Source: a virus (Duplodnaviria > Caudoviricetes). Taken from it: a DNA stretch of 64,000 nt. Both the position numbers and the translations under genes were made by a program. The stretch lies in the IMG/VR virus record IMGVR_UViG_2915066250_000005, positions 17,142 to 81,141 of that record. The stretch is one strand, 5' to 3'. The number at the start of each line of letters is the position of its first letter. Within the stretch, counting starts at the first letter, position 1. This document shows positions 54,150 to 63,865 of the stretch, one piece after another. Under the pieces are notes generated by a model. The model was not told the DNA's origin. It searched no databases and worked only from the letters and a program-made list of their open reading frames with translations.

Positions 54150-54620
54150 TTACTGCCATTCACTGCCATCAACTGCCATTAGCTGACAACTTTTAATATT
54201 AATTGGATTTTCCGGTAGTTTCAGTTTTGCTAAAGCATTTCCATGCCATCTATAAACAGTCCTTTCACTTGCAAATAACAAAGAACAAATCTCATCCCAT
54301 TCTAGACCTTTGACATACCTGTAATTTAGAACCAGCTTTTCATCAATACTTTCTAATGGTTCTATTGTTTCCAGTATCTGAAGTTTCAGATCCATGAAAA
54401 GATTTACTTCGTTAGCTATTTTTATCTCAAGAATGTTTATCTTATCAAGCCATTTCTCAAATGGTGCTCTTGTGTTTCTAGTAGTTTGTACATAATCTCT
54501 ATCAAAAGCAATACTTGAAACACTGACTGATAACTCTCTAATTCTTTTTAGTTCCTCTAAATCAATTTCAATAATTCGATTTAGTAATCTGTGTTGCTTT
54601 AAATATTCTTTTTTATCCAT
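54150..54620 (-). CDS. RinA/ArpU-like late transcriptional activator
   Basis: KEYL, L..RY.....W.EI...L..SERTVYRWHG.AL. Confidence 0.75.
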   Translation of the reverse strand: MDKKEYLKQHRLLNRIIEIDLEELKRIRELSVSVSSIAFDRDYVQTTRNTRAPFEKWLDKINILEIKIANEVNLFMDLKLQILETIEPLESIDEKLVLNYRYVKGLEWDEICSLLFASERTVYRWHGNALAKLKLPENPINIKSCQLMAVDGSEWQ

Positions 54621-54667
54621 TCTTACCTCCATCTGAGGTAAGTTCTCTCTAGAACCTCTTTTCCTCT

Positions 54668-56011
54668 TTATTTTAATCTTGCTTTCACTGAATTAATCAG
54701 TGCATCTTGAATTTTTTCTTTTGCCTTAAGGGCTTTCATAACATCTTCATCAATCGTTCCTTTAGTTAAGATGTGATGAATGACAACCGTACTATCTTGC
54801 CCTTGACGGTAAAGTCTGGCATTGGTTTGCTGATATAACTCCAGCGACCAGGTAAGTCCAAGCCATATTAGAGTCGATCCCCCAGCTTGAAGATTGAGTC
54901 CATGACCTGCACTTGCAGGATGAATGACTGCAATGGGCACCTTTCCTTCATTCCAGTCAGCTATATCCTTACCTGTCTTAATCTCTCTAACATCAAATCT
55001 TTTCTTTATTCTTTCAAGATCCGATTTGAACCAATAGGCTATAAGGACTGGTTTCCCATTAGCTCCTTCGATTAAGTCTTCAAGCGCATCTAGCTTTCTA
55101 TCATGAATTACAATGCTTTCCTTTTTATCGTTATATACAGCACCATTTGCCATTTGTAGGAGTTTATTTGAAAGTGCTGCAGCATTTACAGCATCAATTT
55201 CTTCATCTTCAAGTTTCAAAACCATATCAGCTTTTAAGCTATCGTATAATTTTCTTTCTTTTTCAGATAGACAAACTTCAACTTCGTTTAGCACGCACTC
55301 TGGCATTTTCAGAAAATCTTTTGATTTCATGGAAATCGTGATATCAGATATTAAACTATATATCTGTTTCTCTGCACCATCTTTAGGTTTATATGAAAAT
55401 ATCATCTGCTGATTTCTTTTATCCGGCACAAAGAAGTTCTGTCTGTAGTGAGTGATATATCTTCCAAGCCTTTCTCCCATATCAAGGAGTCTAAACTCTG
55501 CCCACAAATCCATAAGTCCATTACTGGATGGTGTACCTGTTAGCCCCACTATCCTTTTTACCTTTGGTCTTGCTTTAAGAAGTGACTTAAACCTTTTCGC
55601 CTGATAACTTTTGAAAGATGATAGTTCATCAATAACTACCATATCAAATGTCCACTTGAATCCACTTTTTGTAATAAGCCAGTCTACATTTTCACGGTTA
55701 ATAATATAAATGTGTGCAGGTTTCTTTAGTGCATCAAGCCTTTCTTTTTCACTTCCTGTTACCACAGAATAGCTAAGATATTTTAGATGATTCCACTTTT
55801 CAATTTCATCTGGCCAAGTGTTATTGGCTACCCTAAGAGGTGCAATTACAAGTGTTCTTGATACATCAAAGTAATCTAGCATAAGTTCATTTATTGCACT
55901 AAGGCTTATGACACTTTTTCCAAGACCCATTTCCAATAGAACTGCTGATATTGGATTATTTATGATAAAGTCCGTTGCATACCTTTGATAATCATGAGGA
56001 GAGTATTTCAT
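54668..56011 (-). CDS. SNF2/DEAD-like helicase
   Basis: PHDYQ, EMGLGKS, VIDELSSFK, GLTGTP, HPASAGHGLNLQ, QTNARLYRQGQ. Confidence 0.93.
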   Translation of the reverse strand: MKYSPHDYQRYATDFIINNPISAVLLEMGLGKSVISLSAINELMLDYFDVSRTLVIAPLRVANNTWPDEIEKWNHLKYLSYSVVTGSEKERLDALKKPAHIYIINRENVDWLITKSGFKWTFDMVVIDELSSFKSYQAKRFKSLLKARPKVKRIVGLTGTPSSNGLMDLWAEFRLLDMGERLGRYITHYRQNFFVPDKRNQQMIFSYKPKDGAEKQIYSLISDITISMKSKDFLKMPECVLNEVEVCLSEKERKLYDSLKADMVLKLEDEEIDAVNAAALSNKLLQMANGAVYNDKKESIVIHDRKLDALEDLIEGANGKPVLIAYWFKSDLERIKKRFDVREIKTGKDIADWNEGKVPIAVIHPASAGHGLNLQAGGSTLIWLGLTWSLELYQQTNARLYRQGQDSTVVIHHILTKGTIDEDVMKALKAKEKIQDALINSVKARLK

Positions 56012-56273
56012 CGATAACACCTCCGATTTGTTTTTTATCATCAATCACAAATGACCTAAACCCTAATCTCATAAAATCTGCCATTCTTTTTAACTGAAGA
56101 GGTCTTGGCTTTTTGCCTTTTGCCTTAAGTTCTACAAAAGCAAACTTCCCATCTGATAAAAATACCATTCTATCTGGAAGTCCATCCATACTTGGACTAG
56201 TAAGTTTTATGCAATAGCCACCCAATGCTTTAACCCTTTTTACTAAGGCCTTTTCTATTTCTTTTTCTAACAT
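55992..56273 (-). CDS. VRR-NUC domain nuclease
   Basis: EKEIE..L, GLPDR, FVELK..G.KPRPLQ. Confidence 0.9.
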   Translation of the reverse strand: MLEKEIEKALVKRVKALGGYCIKLTSPSMDGLPDRMVFLSDGKFAFVELKAKGKKPRPLQLKRMADFMRLGFRSFVIDDKKQIGGVIDEILSS

Positions 56274-56294
56274 GAAAACCTCCATTTTTGGTAG

Positions 56295-56395
56295 AGGTGC
56301 AGGGATATGCAGGGTATTTTCCTATATTAATATATATACTTATTTTTTTACCTATATAGACAATAATAGTAAATACCCTTCACCTACCTGCACCT
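56295..56395. other. Candidate replication origin (bipartite inverted repeat around AT-rich core)
   Basis: AGGTGCAGG-8-GGGTATTT ... AAATACCC-8-CCTGCACCT, directly downstream of primase. Confidence 0.45.
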
Positions 56396-56396
56396 T

Positions 56397-58634
56397 TTAA
56401 TCTTCAAAATCCGATTTAAGACGAATGCCAAATACAATTATTCCTTTTTTTGTCTTTTTCTTGTTGAATCCTTCAAGCTCTAAAACAGAATAGAAATCGG
56501 CTGCACTTCTGGTAAATTCACCTGTTCTAAGACAATATGCTCGATAAGCGGTATATAGCTCACCACTTTTCTCTGTAAAAGCACTGTCAATTTCACAGCA
56601 TTCATCTAAGAAATGATTCATCCAGTCATTGTTTTCTCTATATGCTTTTATGGCGTCTTCCACTCTTCTGGGTGGATCAATATGATATTCATCTGCAATA
56701 ACCTGCTTTGCTCCCTCGATAATCCAAGAAAGAATCGCACCACCAGCATTTTCATATAGATATTCTGTAAAATTCTTTATATCGTTTTGGCCTTCAATCT
56801 TTGCATCAAAAGGAATGACTATTAATCTTCGCCATGTCCCTTTATCGACTGCTCCTACTCTTGGCAAGTGATTGGTATATAAAACTAGGGTATGGCTAGG
56901 AACATAACTAAACGGAGATTTGAACTTTTTTTCTGCAAAGATTTCATCAGTAGAACAAAGCTGCTTTACATTTGATGTATTCATTCGCATACCCTCTTCA
57001 AGTTCAGCAGCAATAAGCAGTCTTTTACCTTTTGCCTCAGCAAGTTCTGGTTTTACATTTCTTCTGCATCCAACAGTTAACATATCTGCAGACATATTCC
57101 CACTATATGTTCCAAGCACCTTTGATACTACATTCCAAAAAGTAGACTTACCATTTCTTCCCTCACCGTATGCAATAATAAGAGCCTCAACATAAACCTT
57201 TCCTATTGATGCAAGTCCCACTATTTTTTGAACATAGGAAATAAGGGCATCATCATTTACAAAGAAAGTGTTAAGTGCATCATCCCAGATTTCTTTACCA
57301 TCTTCACTAGGTGATACCGTTGTTTGTTTTGTAATATAGTCAGATGCCTCGTGATTATTTTTACTACCAGTTACAAGATTTATAGTTTCAAACGGTGTAT
57401 TTAATAGAAATTCATCTGCATCAAGCATCGACTGTTCGATTTGAACCATAGGCCTTACTTCCTTAAGTGCAGCAGAGATATATTTTGTATCTCTTCTTTT
57501 AATTGCATACTTACGATAAGATTCAGCCTGCTCATATTTTTCAAAAGACCTTGCTTGTTCTCTATTAAACTGGGCACTTGCTTTCTTTGGACCCATTGCA
57601 GCAATAAGTGCCCATGCGCCATTTTTGTTCATCTCAGCTACCATCTTTTGTATTTCTATTTCTGCCTCTTCTAGCTGTCTTGCTGTCAGCTCTTGTGCTA
57701 TTGCTTGAGCATTAGGCTGTGACTCTTCCCAAAAGCATCCATTATATACAAGAAAATCTGTTGCAGGAGAATAACGGAGTTTATCCCCATACTCCCTTGC
57801 TAAAATTATCGCTTGGCCAACATCTGAAAAATCTTCTGGCATAAGCTGAAGTTCAAGATTGTACTGCTCCGGTGATATATATCCTTCTTGGTTTGAAACC
57901 TTATCTCCGAATTTTTTAGCACTGTTCCATATAGTTGATAGTTCTTCATCAGATAGAGGAGGATCACATCTAGTTGCCTGTTCTAAAAATTTCTCATGTG
58001 CCTCATCACTTGCACCGAACCTCTTTATAAGCTTGCCGGCAATATGGCTCATAGTATTATTTCTACTTCCACTTTCTATTTTCTTTTCATCCAGTTTTGC
58101 AAATTCATCTTCTTGTAGAAATTCAATAATTGAAAGCTCGCCATCATAGAGTTCTACTTTTGGATTAGAAATACCATAAATAAATCTGGCAGCATCCAAA
58201 GCATTATCATCAAAATATGAGAACTCCTTATAAAGTTGCTCTTTGTAGCTTGCATATTCTTCAGCATCCTTTATTTCTTCAATTGGGAAATATATATGAA
58301 ACCTTGGTCTTGCTGACTTATTTCCTTTTATCTTCATATGGTTTCTGCTATACGATGCAAAAAAGCATACTCCTGAAAAGGCTAATGCCACATCAAAAGG
58401 TGTCACCCAGTCTTTTTCATCATCTGAGTGGTCATTATCACAGTCCATAGGTATGCAATTAGAAGTTATGAACTTATCTTTACTTCTATAACTGCCTTGA
58501 AACTCTGCTGTAACATGGTCAAAAGAGATAGCTTTTATAAAGCTATCCCTATCAGATACTGTGACCACATTAGGATAAAGGCAGTTATTCTTATTTCCGA
58601 TGCAAGTAGCATCATAACAATTAAAATTTAGCAT
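56397..58634 (-). CDS. Phage/plasmid primase-helicase, P4 family
   Basis: CIPMDCDNDH, RPRFHIYFP, PriCT-like GSRN, YGEGRNGKST, EKKF, TNHLP, WRRL. Confidence 0.92.
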   Translation of the reverse strand: MLNFNCYDATCIGNKNNCLYPNVVTVSDRDSFIKAISFDHVTAEFQGSYRSKDKFITSNCIPMDCDNDHSDDEKDWVTPFDVALAFSGVCFFASYSRNHMKIKGNKSARPRFHIYFPIEEIKDAEEYASYKEQLYKEFSYFDDNALDAARFIYGISNPKVELYDGELSIIEFLQEDEFAKLDEKKIESGSRNNTMSHIAGKLIKRFGASDEAHEKFLEQATRCDPPLSDEELSTIWNSAKKFGDKVSNQEGYISPEQYNLELQLMPEDFSDVGQAIILAREYGDKLRYSPATDFLVYNGCFWEESQPNAQAIAQELTARQLEEAEIEIQKMVAEMNKNGAWALIAAMGPKKASAQFNREQARSFEKYEQAESYRKYAIKRRDTKYISAALKEVRPMVQIEQSMLDADEFLLNTPFETINLVTGSKNNHEASDYITKQTTVSPSEDGKEIWDDALNTFFVNDDALISYVQKIVGLASIGKVYVEALIIAYGEGRNGKSTFWNVVSKVLGTYSGNMSADMLTVGCRRNVKPELAEAKGKRLLIAAELEEGMRMNTSNVKQLCSTDEIFAEKKFKSPFSYVPSHTLVLYTNHLPRVGAVDKGTWRRLIVIPFDAKIEGQNDIKNFTEYLYENAGGAILSWIIEGAKQVIADEYHIDPPRRVEDAIKAYRENNDWMNHFLDECCEIDSAFTEKSGELYTAYRAYCLRTGEFTRSAADFYSVLELEGFNKKKTKKGIIVFGIRLKSDFED

Positions 58635-58998
58635 TTGTCTTAACCTCCAAACCCTCACTTGTAAAATACTTAATAACCTGTTTTCTTTTTTCAGCGATTT
58701 CAATTTCTCTTTTCATGCCTTCAGTAATTTGACTGCCAAACACCCACACCTCCTGGCATTTACCAAGAAGTATGATATCCATGAAAAGTGCATCCTTTCT
58801 TTGTTCTAAATCTCTATCATCCATAAAAGGAAATAAGAGATGTGGTGTGACAGGAATTGCACCATTCTTGTATGCCAACTCTGCATAGCGAATGGCTTTC
58901 TTAATGTTTAACTCTTTATCACCACTATATGGAGAGCAGATATATGCAAGTGGTCTAAAGTTTGGATTTTCAAGATGTTTCTTGTATGTCTTACTCAT
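58621..58998 (-). CDS. DUF4406-like protein
   Basis: YICSPYSGD, PVTPHLLFPF, LLGKCQEVWVFG. Confidence 0.7.
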   Translation of the reverse strand: MSKTYKKHLENPNFRPLAYICSPYSGDKELNIKKAIRYAELAYKNGAIPVTPHLLFPFMDDRDLEQRKDALFMDIILLGKCQEVWVFGSQITEGMKREIEIAEKRKQVIKYFTSEGLEVKTNAKF

Positions 58999-59665
58999 GG
59001 TCTGCCTCCTTCCCAATCTTTCCTAAATACCACTCAAGTTGTCTTTTTCTTGATTGATAGTCCGGTGTTGAAATTAGTAACCCCGCATCAATTTTTTGCA
59101 ATCTATCTATTAGATACATTTGACCAGAGCTTAGATAAGGACGAATACTTTGTCCTTTATCTAGCCCATACAATTCCCTGAACTGTTTTGCTGACATCCC
59201 AAGAACAAGTCGATTTATCATGTCGCATTCGTTACTATAGTGATAAGCCTTTGGATGGTCATGAATTAAAGTAATATTTTCAGTTAAGATAGGAAACATC
59301 TCTCTTGCTGAAAGAAGTGTTGTTATGAAATCTTCCATCTCATTAAACTTTTTGATATATAGTTCTTTAAACTTCATAGCCTTTGGCCCGGTATAGCCCA
59401 TTGCCAAAATGGTAAAACCGTCTCTTGTTAACAGATAGCATGGTAGTTTTCTTCCAGTAGTATCTCTATATTCACTGAGCGCAAAATTTAGCTTAGTGAA
59501 TTCTTCACTCAGCCCAGATTTGGGTTCAGTGATTGACTGAATATCACGAATTACATGTGAATGTCTTTTCTCAAAGAACTGTGCAACAAATCTGCTGTCT
59601 ACTCTGGCGATGTTATGCTTGTCAGCCATAATGCCATAATCATTCATTGGAATCATTGCTTTCAT
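58991..59665 (-). CDS. Rha-family regulatory protein
   Basis: DSRFVAQFFEKRHSHVIRDI, YLLTRDGFTILAMGYTGPKAMKFK..YI..FNEME. Confidence 0.88.
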   Translation of the reverse strand: MKAMIPMNDYGIMADKHNIARVDSRFVAQFFEKRHSHVIRDIQSITEPKSGLSEEFTKLNFALSEYRDTTGRKLPCYLLTRDGFTILAMGYTGPKAMKFKELYIKKFNEMEDFITTLLSAREMFPILTENITLIHDHPKAYHYSNECDMINRLVLGMSAKQFRELYGLDKGQSIRPYLSSGQMYLIDRLQKIDAGLLISTPDYQSRKRQLEWYLGKIGKEADHE

Positions 59666-59786
59666 GATTAACACCTCCATTCACACATCCGCTTAATTCT
59701 TCTACTGCCACTTGGAGCTCTTTTATTTGCTGGTCTCTTACCTTATCCATTGTTTCCAAGTAGGTGATTCTTTCTTCAATAGTCAT
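59640..59786 (-). CDS. 48-aa coiled-coil protein (not in ORF track)
   Basis: AAGGAGG RBS; MTIEERITYLETMDKVRDQQIKELQVAVEEL. Confidence 0.6.
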   Translation of the reverse strand: MTIEERITYLETMDKVRDQQIKELQVAVEELSGCVNGGVNHESNDSNE

Positions 59787-60416
59787 CTATTTGACCTCCT
59801 TATTTTTATTGGAGGAATTTTGTCCTCCTACTTGGTAGCCTTGGGAGAGTCCAAAATCTGACGCTTTTGAAAAACTTTTTTCTAAATTTTTATTCGCTCT
59901 CTTTAATTTTTGTGTGATAGAGTTGGAAAGTCTTGAAACCGCCTTGTTGTATTCCTCTTCAGATTCAAATGCATCTCGGCTTAGCATTGATTCTGCTTTT
60001 TCGTTGATTGACACCCCATCAATTCGCACTGCCATAAATAAATCAGCAACTTCTGGTTTCAAAACTGAATAAACAAACTCCTTAACAGCCTCATAGTTTT
60101 CTTTGTTTTCTCTATCAATCTCATCTTTAAGGAATATAGACGGATCCACCACCTCACTCATACTTGGTTCAAAATCACCTGTCTCTTCACCATCTTCATC
60201 CTTTGTTGAAATAGCAAATCCTTTATGCCTTTCTTGCTTATGCATGACATTGTATTCTGGACGGTTATACTGAGTGTCTATCTCTTCTTGTACTCGTTCT
60301 TCAAACTCTTCTTCTGATTCGTCTGGTAACAAGTCAATGTTTAACCAGCCTTTAATGTCCGATAGGTTTAGTTCGAATGTTGTAAACTCTTTTTCGTAAC
60401 GTATTTTGATTTTCAT
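59787..60416 (-). CDS. Sigma-factor-like regulator of element 2
   Basis: Positional and structural analogue of 6897-7409; LKPEVADLFMAVRIDGVSINE.A...SNSITQKLKRA; start likely MKIKIRYE. Confidence 0.55.
   Translation of the reverse strand: MKIKIRYEKEFTTFELNLSDIKGWLNIDLLPDESEEEFEERVQEEIDTQYNRPEYNVMHKQERHKGFAISTKDEDGEETGDFEPSMSEVVDPSIFLKDEIDRENKENYEAVKEFVYSVLKPEVADLFMAVRIDGVSINEKAESMLSRDAFESEEEYNKAVSRLSNSITQKLKRANKNLEKSFSKASDFGLSQGYQVGGQNSSNKNKEVK
59834..59861 (-). promoter_or_regulatory. Element-2 bipartite motif copy 3 (inside 3' end of sigma-like gene)
   Basis: GGTAGCCTTGGGA-N6-AAAATCTGA on plus. Confidence 0.7.
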
Positions 60417-60462
60417 AAAAATCCCTTCCCTTTCTGCTGATTGCAGTAGGACGAAGGGATAC

Positions 60463-60495
60463 AAAAAGAGTCGATGCTATATGAAGCACCGACTC
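60463..60495 (-). terminator. Leader terminator upstream of sigma-like gene
   Basis: GAGUCGGUGCU-UCAUAU-AGCAUCGACUC + U5. Confidence 0.65.
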
Positions 60496-60684
60496 TCTTG
60501 CCTAAAAATAGCCATAGAAAAATAGAGGTACCTCACATAGCACCTCACGAATAAATCCGTGAGTGCCGTATGATGTATCCCATCGCCCTATAGCTAATCA
60601 GGCTCTATGATAATTTAGTTGTTTGTTCCCCCAAAGGAGATAGGCAGGCTGATTATTCCAATCTGTCACTGCCTATTTTTTTCT

Positions 60685-60816
60685 TTACTTCTTCTTTGTC
60701 TGAGACAGAGCACTACCTGCAACAGATTTTGATGTCTTGCTGTAGCGTCCGTCACGAAGAACTTTGCTTGCTTTGGAAGCTACTCGCTTAGAAGTTTGCT
60801 TAGTATTCTTTGCCAT
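60685..60816 (-). CDS. 43-aa highly basic peptide (not in ORF track)
   Basis: GAGGTG RBS; MAKNTKQTSKRVASKASKVLRDGRYSKTSKSVAGSALSQTKKK. Confidence 0.65.
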   Translation of the reverse strand: MAKNTKQTSKRVASKASKVLRDGRYSKTSKSVAGSALSQTKKK

Positions 60817-60891
60817 TTCTATCACCTCGCTTTCTTAAATTGGGCTGATAGACGATTTTAGTGGATTATCAACCATTTATACTTGTTTATA

Positions 60892-60920
60892 TTGAATAAG
60901 ATGGCAATATGGTATATAAT
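60892..60920 (+). promoter_or_regulatory. sigmaA promoter of regulator-xis-mod operon
   Basis: TTGAAT-17 bp-TATAAT. Confidence 0.7.
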
Positions 60921-61059
60921 ATTAGATAATAATTAGTCCACTCTCTCATCTATCTACTCATAGGATACCTTGAAGGAAAGGGACTTACTTATGACTAAAA
61001 AGGGACTTTGGGACTGATAATTTAAAATTATGGGACCGATTATTTGAGAGGAAATTAGA

Positions 61060-61875
61060 ATGAACTTTTCAGAGTGCAGCTTGCCAATTCAAAAGAGTTG
61101 TAAACCAAAAATAAGTAACCAAGGAATGTTTGTATTCAAATTATTTGAAGCACTAGATTGTAATCCTACAAACGCTTTAAGATATAGTGACCATGATTAT
61201 GAAAAAAAACTTTGTAACGGAAGCAAAAAACTTACTGATAAAATGAAGAAGGATGCTTTAGCTTCTTTTTCAGAAGAAAAATTATCTAATTTTTGCTTTG
61301 AGAACATACAAGATTCTAATTTACAAAATCTTTCTATTTCATTTGGATTCTCAAAATCTATTATTCCTGATAAGAAAATGCTATCGCTTGCGATTGCACG
61401 TCAATACCATTTAATCTTTACCAGTAAAAAAAATGATGTTGAAAATATCATTATTTCTGAATATCAAAAAATTGAGGCTGGCCATATTTCAAATGGTATT
61501 AAATATCACAAAGCCTTATACGATGGCGATTCTGCAAACCGTATTTCAAGTATTGAATGGATAGATGCAAAAACTTATGAAGTAATACAGGTTAAGATTA
61601 ATATTTTAAATTCGGGATCAGTTCCTTGGATAAATCGAAGGCTTATTTTTAAGCAAGAAAAAACGTCCTGCCCTATTCCCAAGGCAGAACGTGAAATCAA
61701 TATTCCCGATATTGAGCCAAACAATTATTTTACAAAAACTATAGAGTTCGAAACACGAGGATCTGAAGGCGAATTCGTATGCCATTATATTATGCAAGAT
61801 AGCGATGGAAATGATTGTTTCCCAAATAGAAACACATTTGATATAAGAATTAAAGTTACTTTTATACCAGATTAA
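61060..61875 (+). CDS. Putative regulator with C-terminal NBR1-like Ig domain
   Basis: N.GSVPW..R.L, P.IEP......I.F..RG.EG.F...Y.M.DS.G..CFP; divergent from sigma-like gene. Confidence 0.55.
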   Translation: MNFSECSLPIQKSCKPKISNQGMFVFKLFEALDCNPTNALRYSDHDYEKKLCNGSKKLTDKMKKDALASFSEEKLSNFCFENIQDSNLQNLSISFGFSKSIIPDKKMLSLAIARQYHLIFTSKKNDVENIIISEYQKIEAGHISNGIKYHKALYDGDSANRISSIEWIDAKTYEVIQVKINILNSGSVPWINRRLIFKQEKTSCPIPKAEREINIPDIEPNNYFTKTIEFETRGSEGEFVCHYIMQDSDGNDCFPNRNTFDIRIKVTFIPD

Positions 61876-61889
61876 AGTGGAGGCTTTTA

Positions 61890-62162
61890 ATGAATAACAA
61901 AATCGAAAAATGGACCAGTCTAAAAGACATTCAAATCTACCTTGGTGTTGGACGTGAAACTATTCTACAATGGATAGCAAAACGTGAAATGCCTGCGTAT
62001 AAAGTAGGTCGTCTTTGGAAATTTAAAATATCAGAAGTAGATGAATGGATTAGATCTGGTGGAGCTTCTGATGACAACTATAAATTAGAAACACCTGAGG
62101 AAAAATCAACTAATTCTCCTCTCAACAATTCAAACGAAGGAGACAAAAATGTCTGTAATTAA
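61890..62162 (+). CDS. Excisionase-family HTH protein heading RM operon
   Basis: LGVGRETILQWI....MPAYKVGRLWKFKISEVDEW. Confidence 0.8.
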   Translation: MNNKIEKWTSLKDIQIYLGVGRETILQWIAKREMPAYKVGRLWKFKISEVDEWIRSGGASDDNYKLETPEEKSTNSPLNNSNEGDKNVCN

Positions 62163-63702
62163 CGATTTAATAAATAAAATACAAGATTCTGATTTGAAAA
62201 ACAGAATACAAGAAGAAATAGATAAGCTATCAAAACAAAAAAAATTTGGTCTTGTTTTTGAGGAACATATGCCTGAATGCACTCCTCTGTTTGATGTTCC
62301 AGTTCATGTTGGTAGCAAAGTAGCAATTAAGGATAAAAAGATTAATGCTATTTACATAGTGAAAGATATTGTTGAAAACACTGCTATTTGTCTAGATAAG
62401 AGCACTCAAGAAACAGTCGAATTGCCATTAAAAGATCTTGTTACAATTGCTGAATTCGGTGAGGCAATATACCCTTATCTTAAACCAATCGACTCTGTAT
62501 GTAACGTTCCAGATAGTAATCTTTGGCACACATTAATTGAAGCAGACAATTATCATGCACTTCAATTACTAGAGTACTTATATGCTGAAAAAGTAGACTG
62601 TATATATATCGATCCACCCTACAATTCTGGTGCGAGAGACTGGAAGTACAATAATGACTATGTAGATTCTTCTGATTCATATAGGCACAGCAAATGGTTA
62701 TCAATGATGGATAAAAGACTTAGATTGGCAAAAAAGTTACTCAATTCGTCAGATTCCGTTCTAATAGTAACCATAGATGAAAAAGAGTATTTACATCTTG
62801 GTTGTTTATTAGAGGAACTTTTCCCTTCGTCAAGAATTCAAATGGTTACAAGCGTTATTAATGTCCGTTCTGTAGCTAGAGAAGGTGAATTTGGCAGAGT
62901 TAACGAGTATATTTTCTTTGTATTTTTAGGTAAATCATCTCCAAATGCATTAGAATTAAGTTCTGAATGGCTTGTACAACAAGATAACAAGAAAACCGTA
63001 CGTGGGAAAATGCACTGGACATCCTTAAGCAGAACAGATTCAACTGGTTTTAGAAAAAATAGTCCTGGATGCTTTTACCCTATTTATGTAAGTACTGAAG
63101 ACAACAAAATCCACTCTATAGGTTCTTCCATTGCTCTTGATGTAAATAAAGAAAGTGTAAATGAAACACCTCAAAATACGATTCCTGTATGGCCAATGCG
63201 TAAAAATGGAAGTGAAGGGCGCTGGCAAATAACTCCGGAAAATGCAAATAAACTTCTAGAACAAGGTTTCTTGAAGTGTGGACCTATAAAAAACAATCGT
63301 GCTGCTATATATTATGTAAAAAGTGGAGATCGAAATCGTACACTATCTGGTGAATATGGAAATTTCATTAAAACTGATAACGGAATTGTTTTTGATGATT
63401 GTGATAATACAAACACAAGTATTCGTTTTATTCCTGGAAACAGCTGGAATATTTCTTCTCACGATGCAGGTGTTAACGGTTCAAACTTACTAATTAAAAT
63501 ACTTCAACAAAGACATTTTTCGTTTCCAAAATCCCTCTATGCAGTAAGAGATACATTGAATTTTTTTGTAGCTAATAAACCAGAGGCACTTGTTTTAGAC
63601 TTTTTTGCTGGGGAACGTGTCATAAAAGTGATGGGTGCAGTTAATGTTATGAAACCAAGGGTTTCAGGAACTTTAAATAAATATATTTTGTGTATTGCTT
63701 AG
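62149..63702 (+). pseudogene. Type III-like mod (beta-class adenine MTase) truncated at SAM-binding motif
   Basis: KKFGLVFEEH, IYIDPPYN, HSKWLSMM..RL, F.FPKS; LDFFAG is followed by unrelated sequence instead of SGTT; no res gene follows. Confidence 0.8.
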
Positions 63703-63865
63703 AGTAATTAAAGTTGATTGCTGTAAGCAATGTATGAGAGGGGGCAAGAATATTAGTTCTTTAATAGTTGACAATTAGTTAGTATAATTACATTTAAAAT
63801 AATAATAATAATTACGTATATGTAGTATTAAGCGAACTTAATTGAAATTAAAGGAGTGAACTCAT

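Larger units (their letters stand above)
18387..63612 (-). mobile_element. Element 2: near-complete siphovirus-like prophage with dual large serine recombinases
   Basis: Complete head, tail, lysis, packaging, replication and integration gene sets on minus strand; right end truncated inside mod gene. Confidence 0.9.

Noticed and set aside
25511-59815. 18-bp match CCTCCAATAAAAATAAGG at 25511 (plus) and 59798-59815 (minus) as a translocation scar
   Set aside because: It is AT-rich plus an SD-derived block, in opposite orientation, and not at the module edge. Plausibly chance.
63613-63672. In-frame 17-codon insertion between FAG and a later SGT that would leave Mod intact
   Set aside because: After SGT the frame gives LNKYILCIA-stop rather than the expected T.HAV..LN..DGG.R continuation, so SGT is probably coincidental. 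No simple-sequence phase-variation tract is present either.
63768-63788. TTGACA and TATAAT as a promoter for the last small ORF
   Set aside because: The hexamers are only 9 bp apart, so the geometry is wrong for a single sigmaA promoter.
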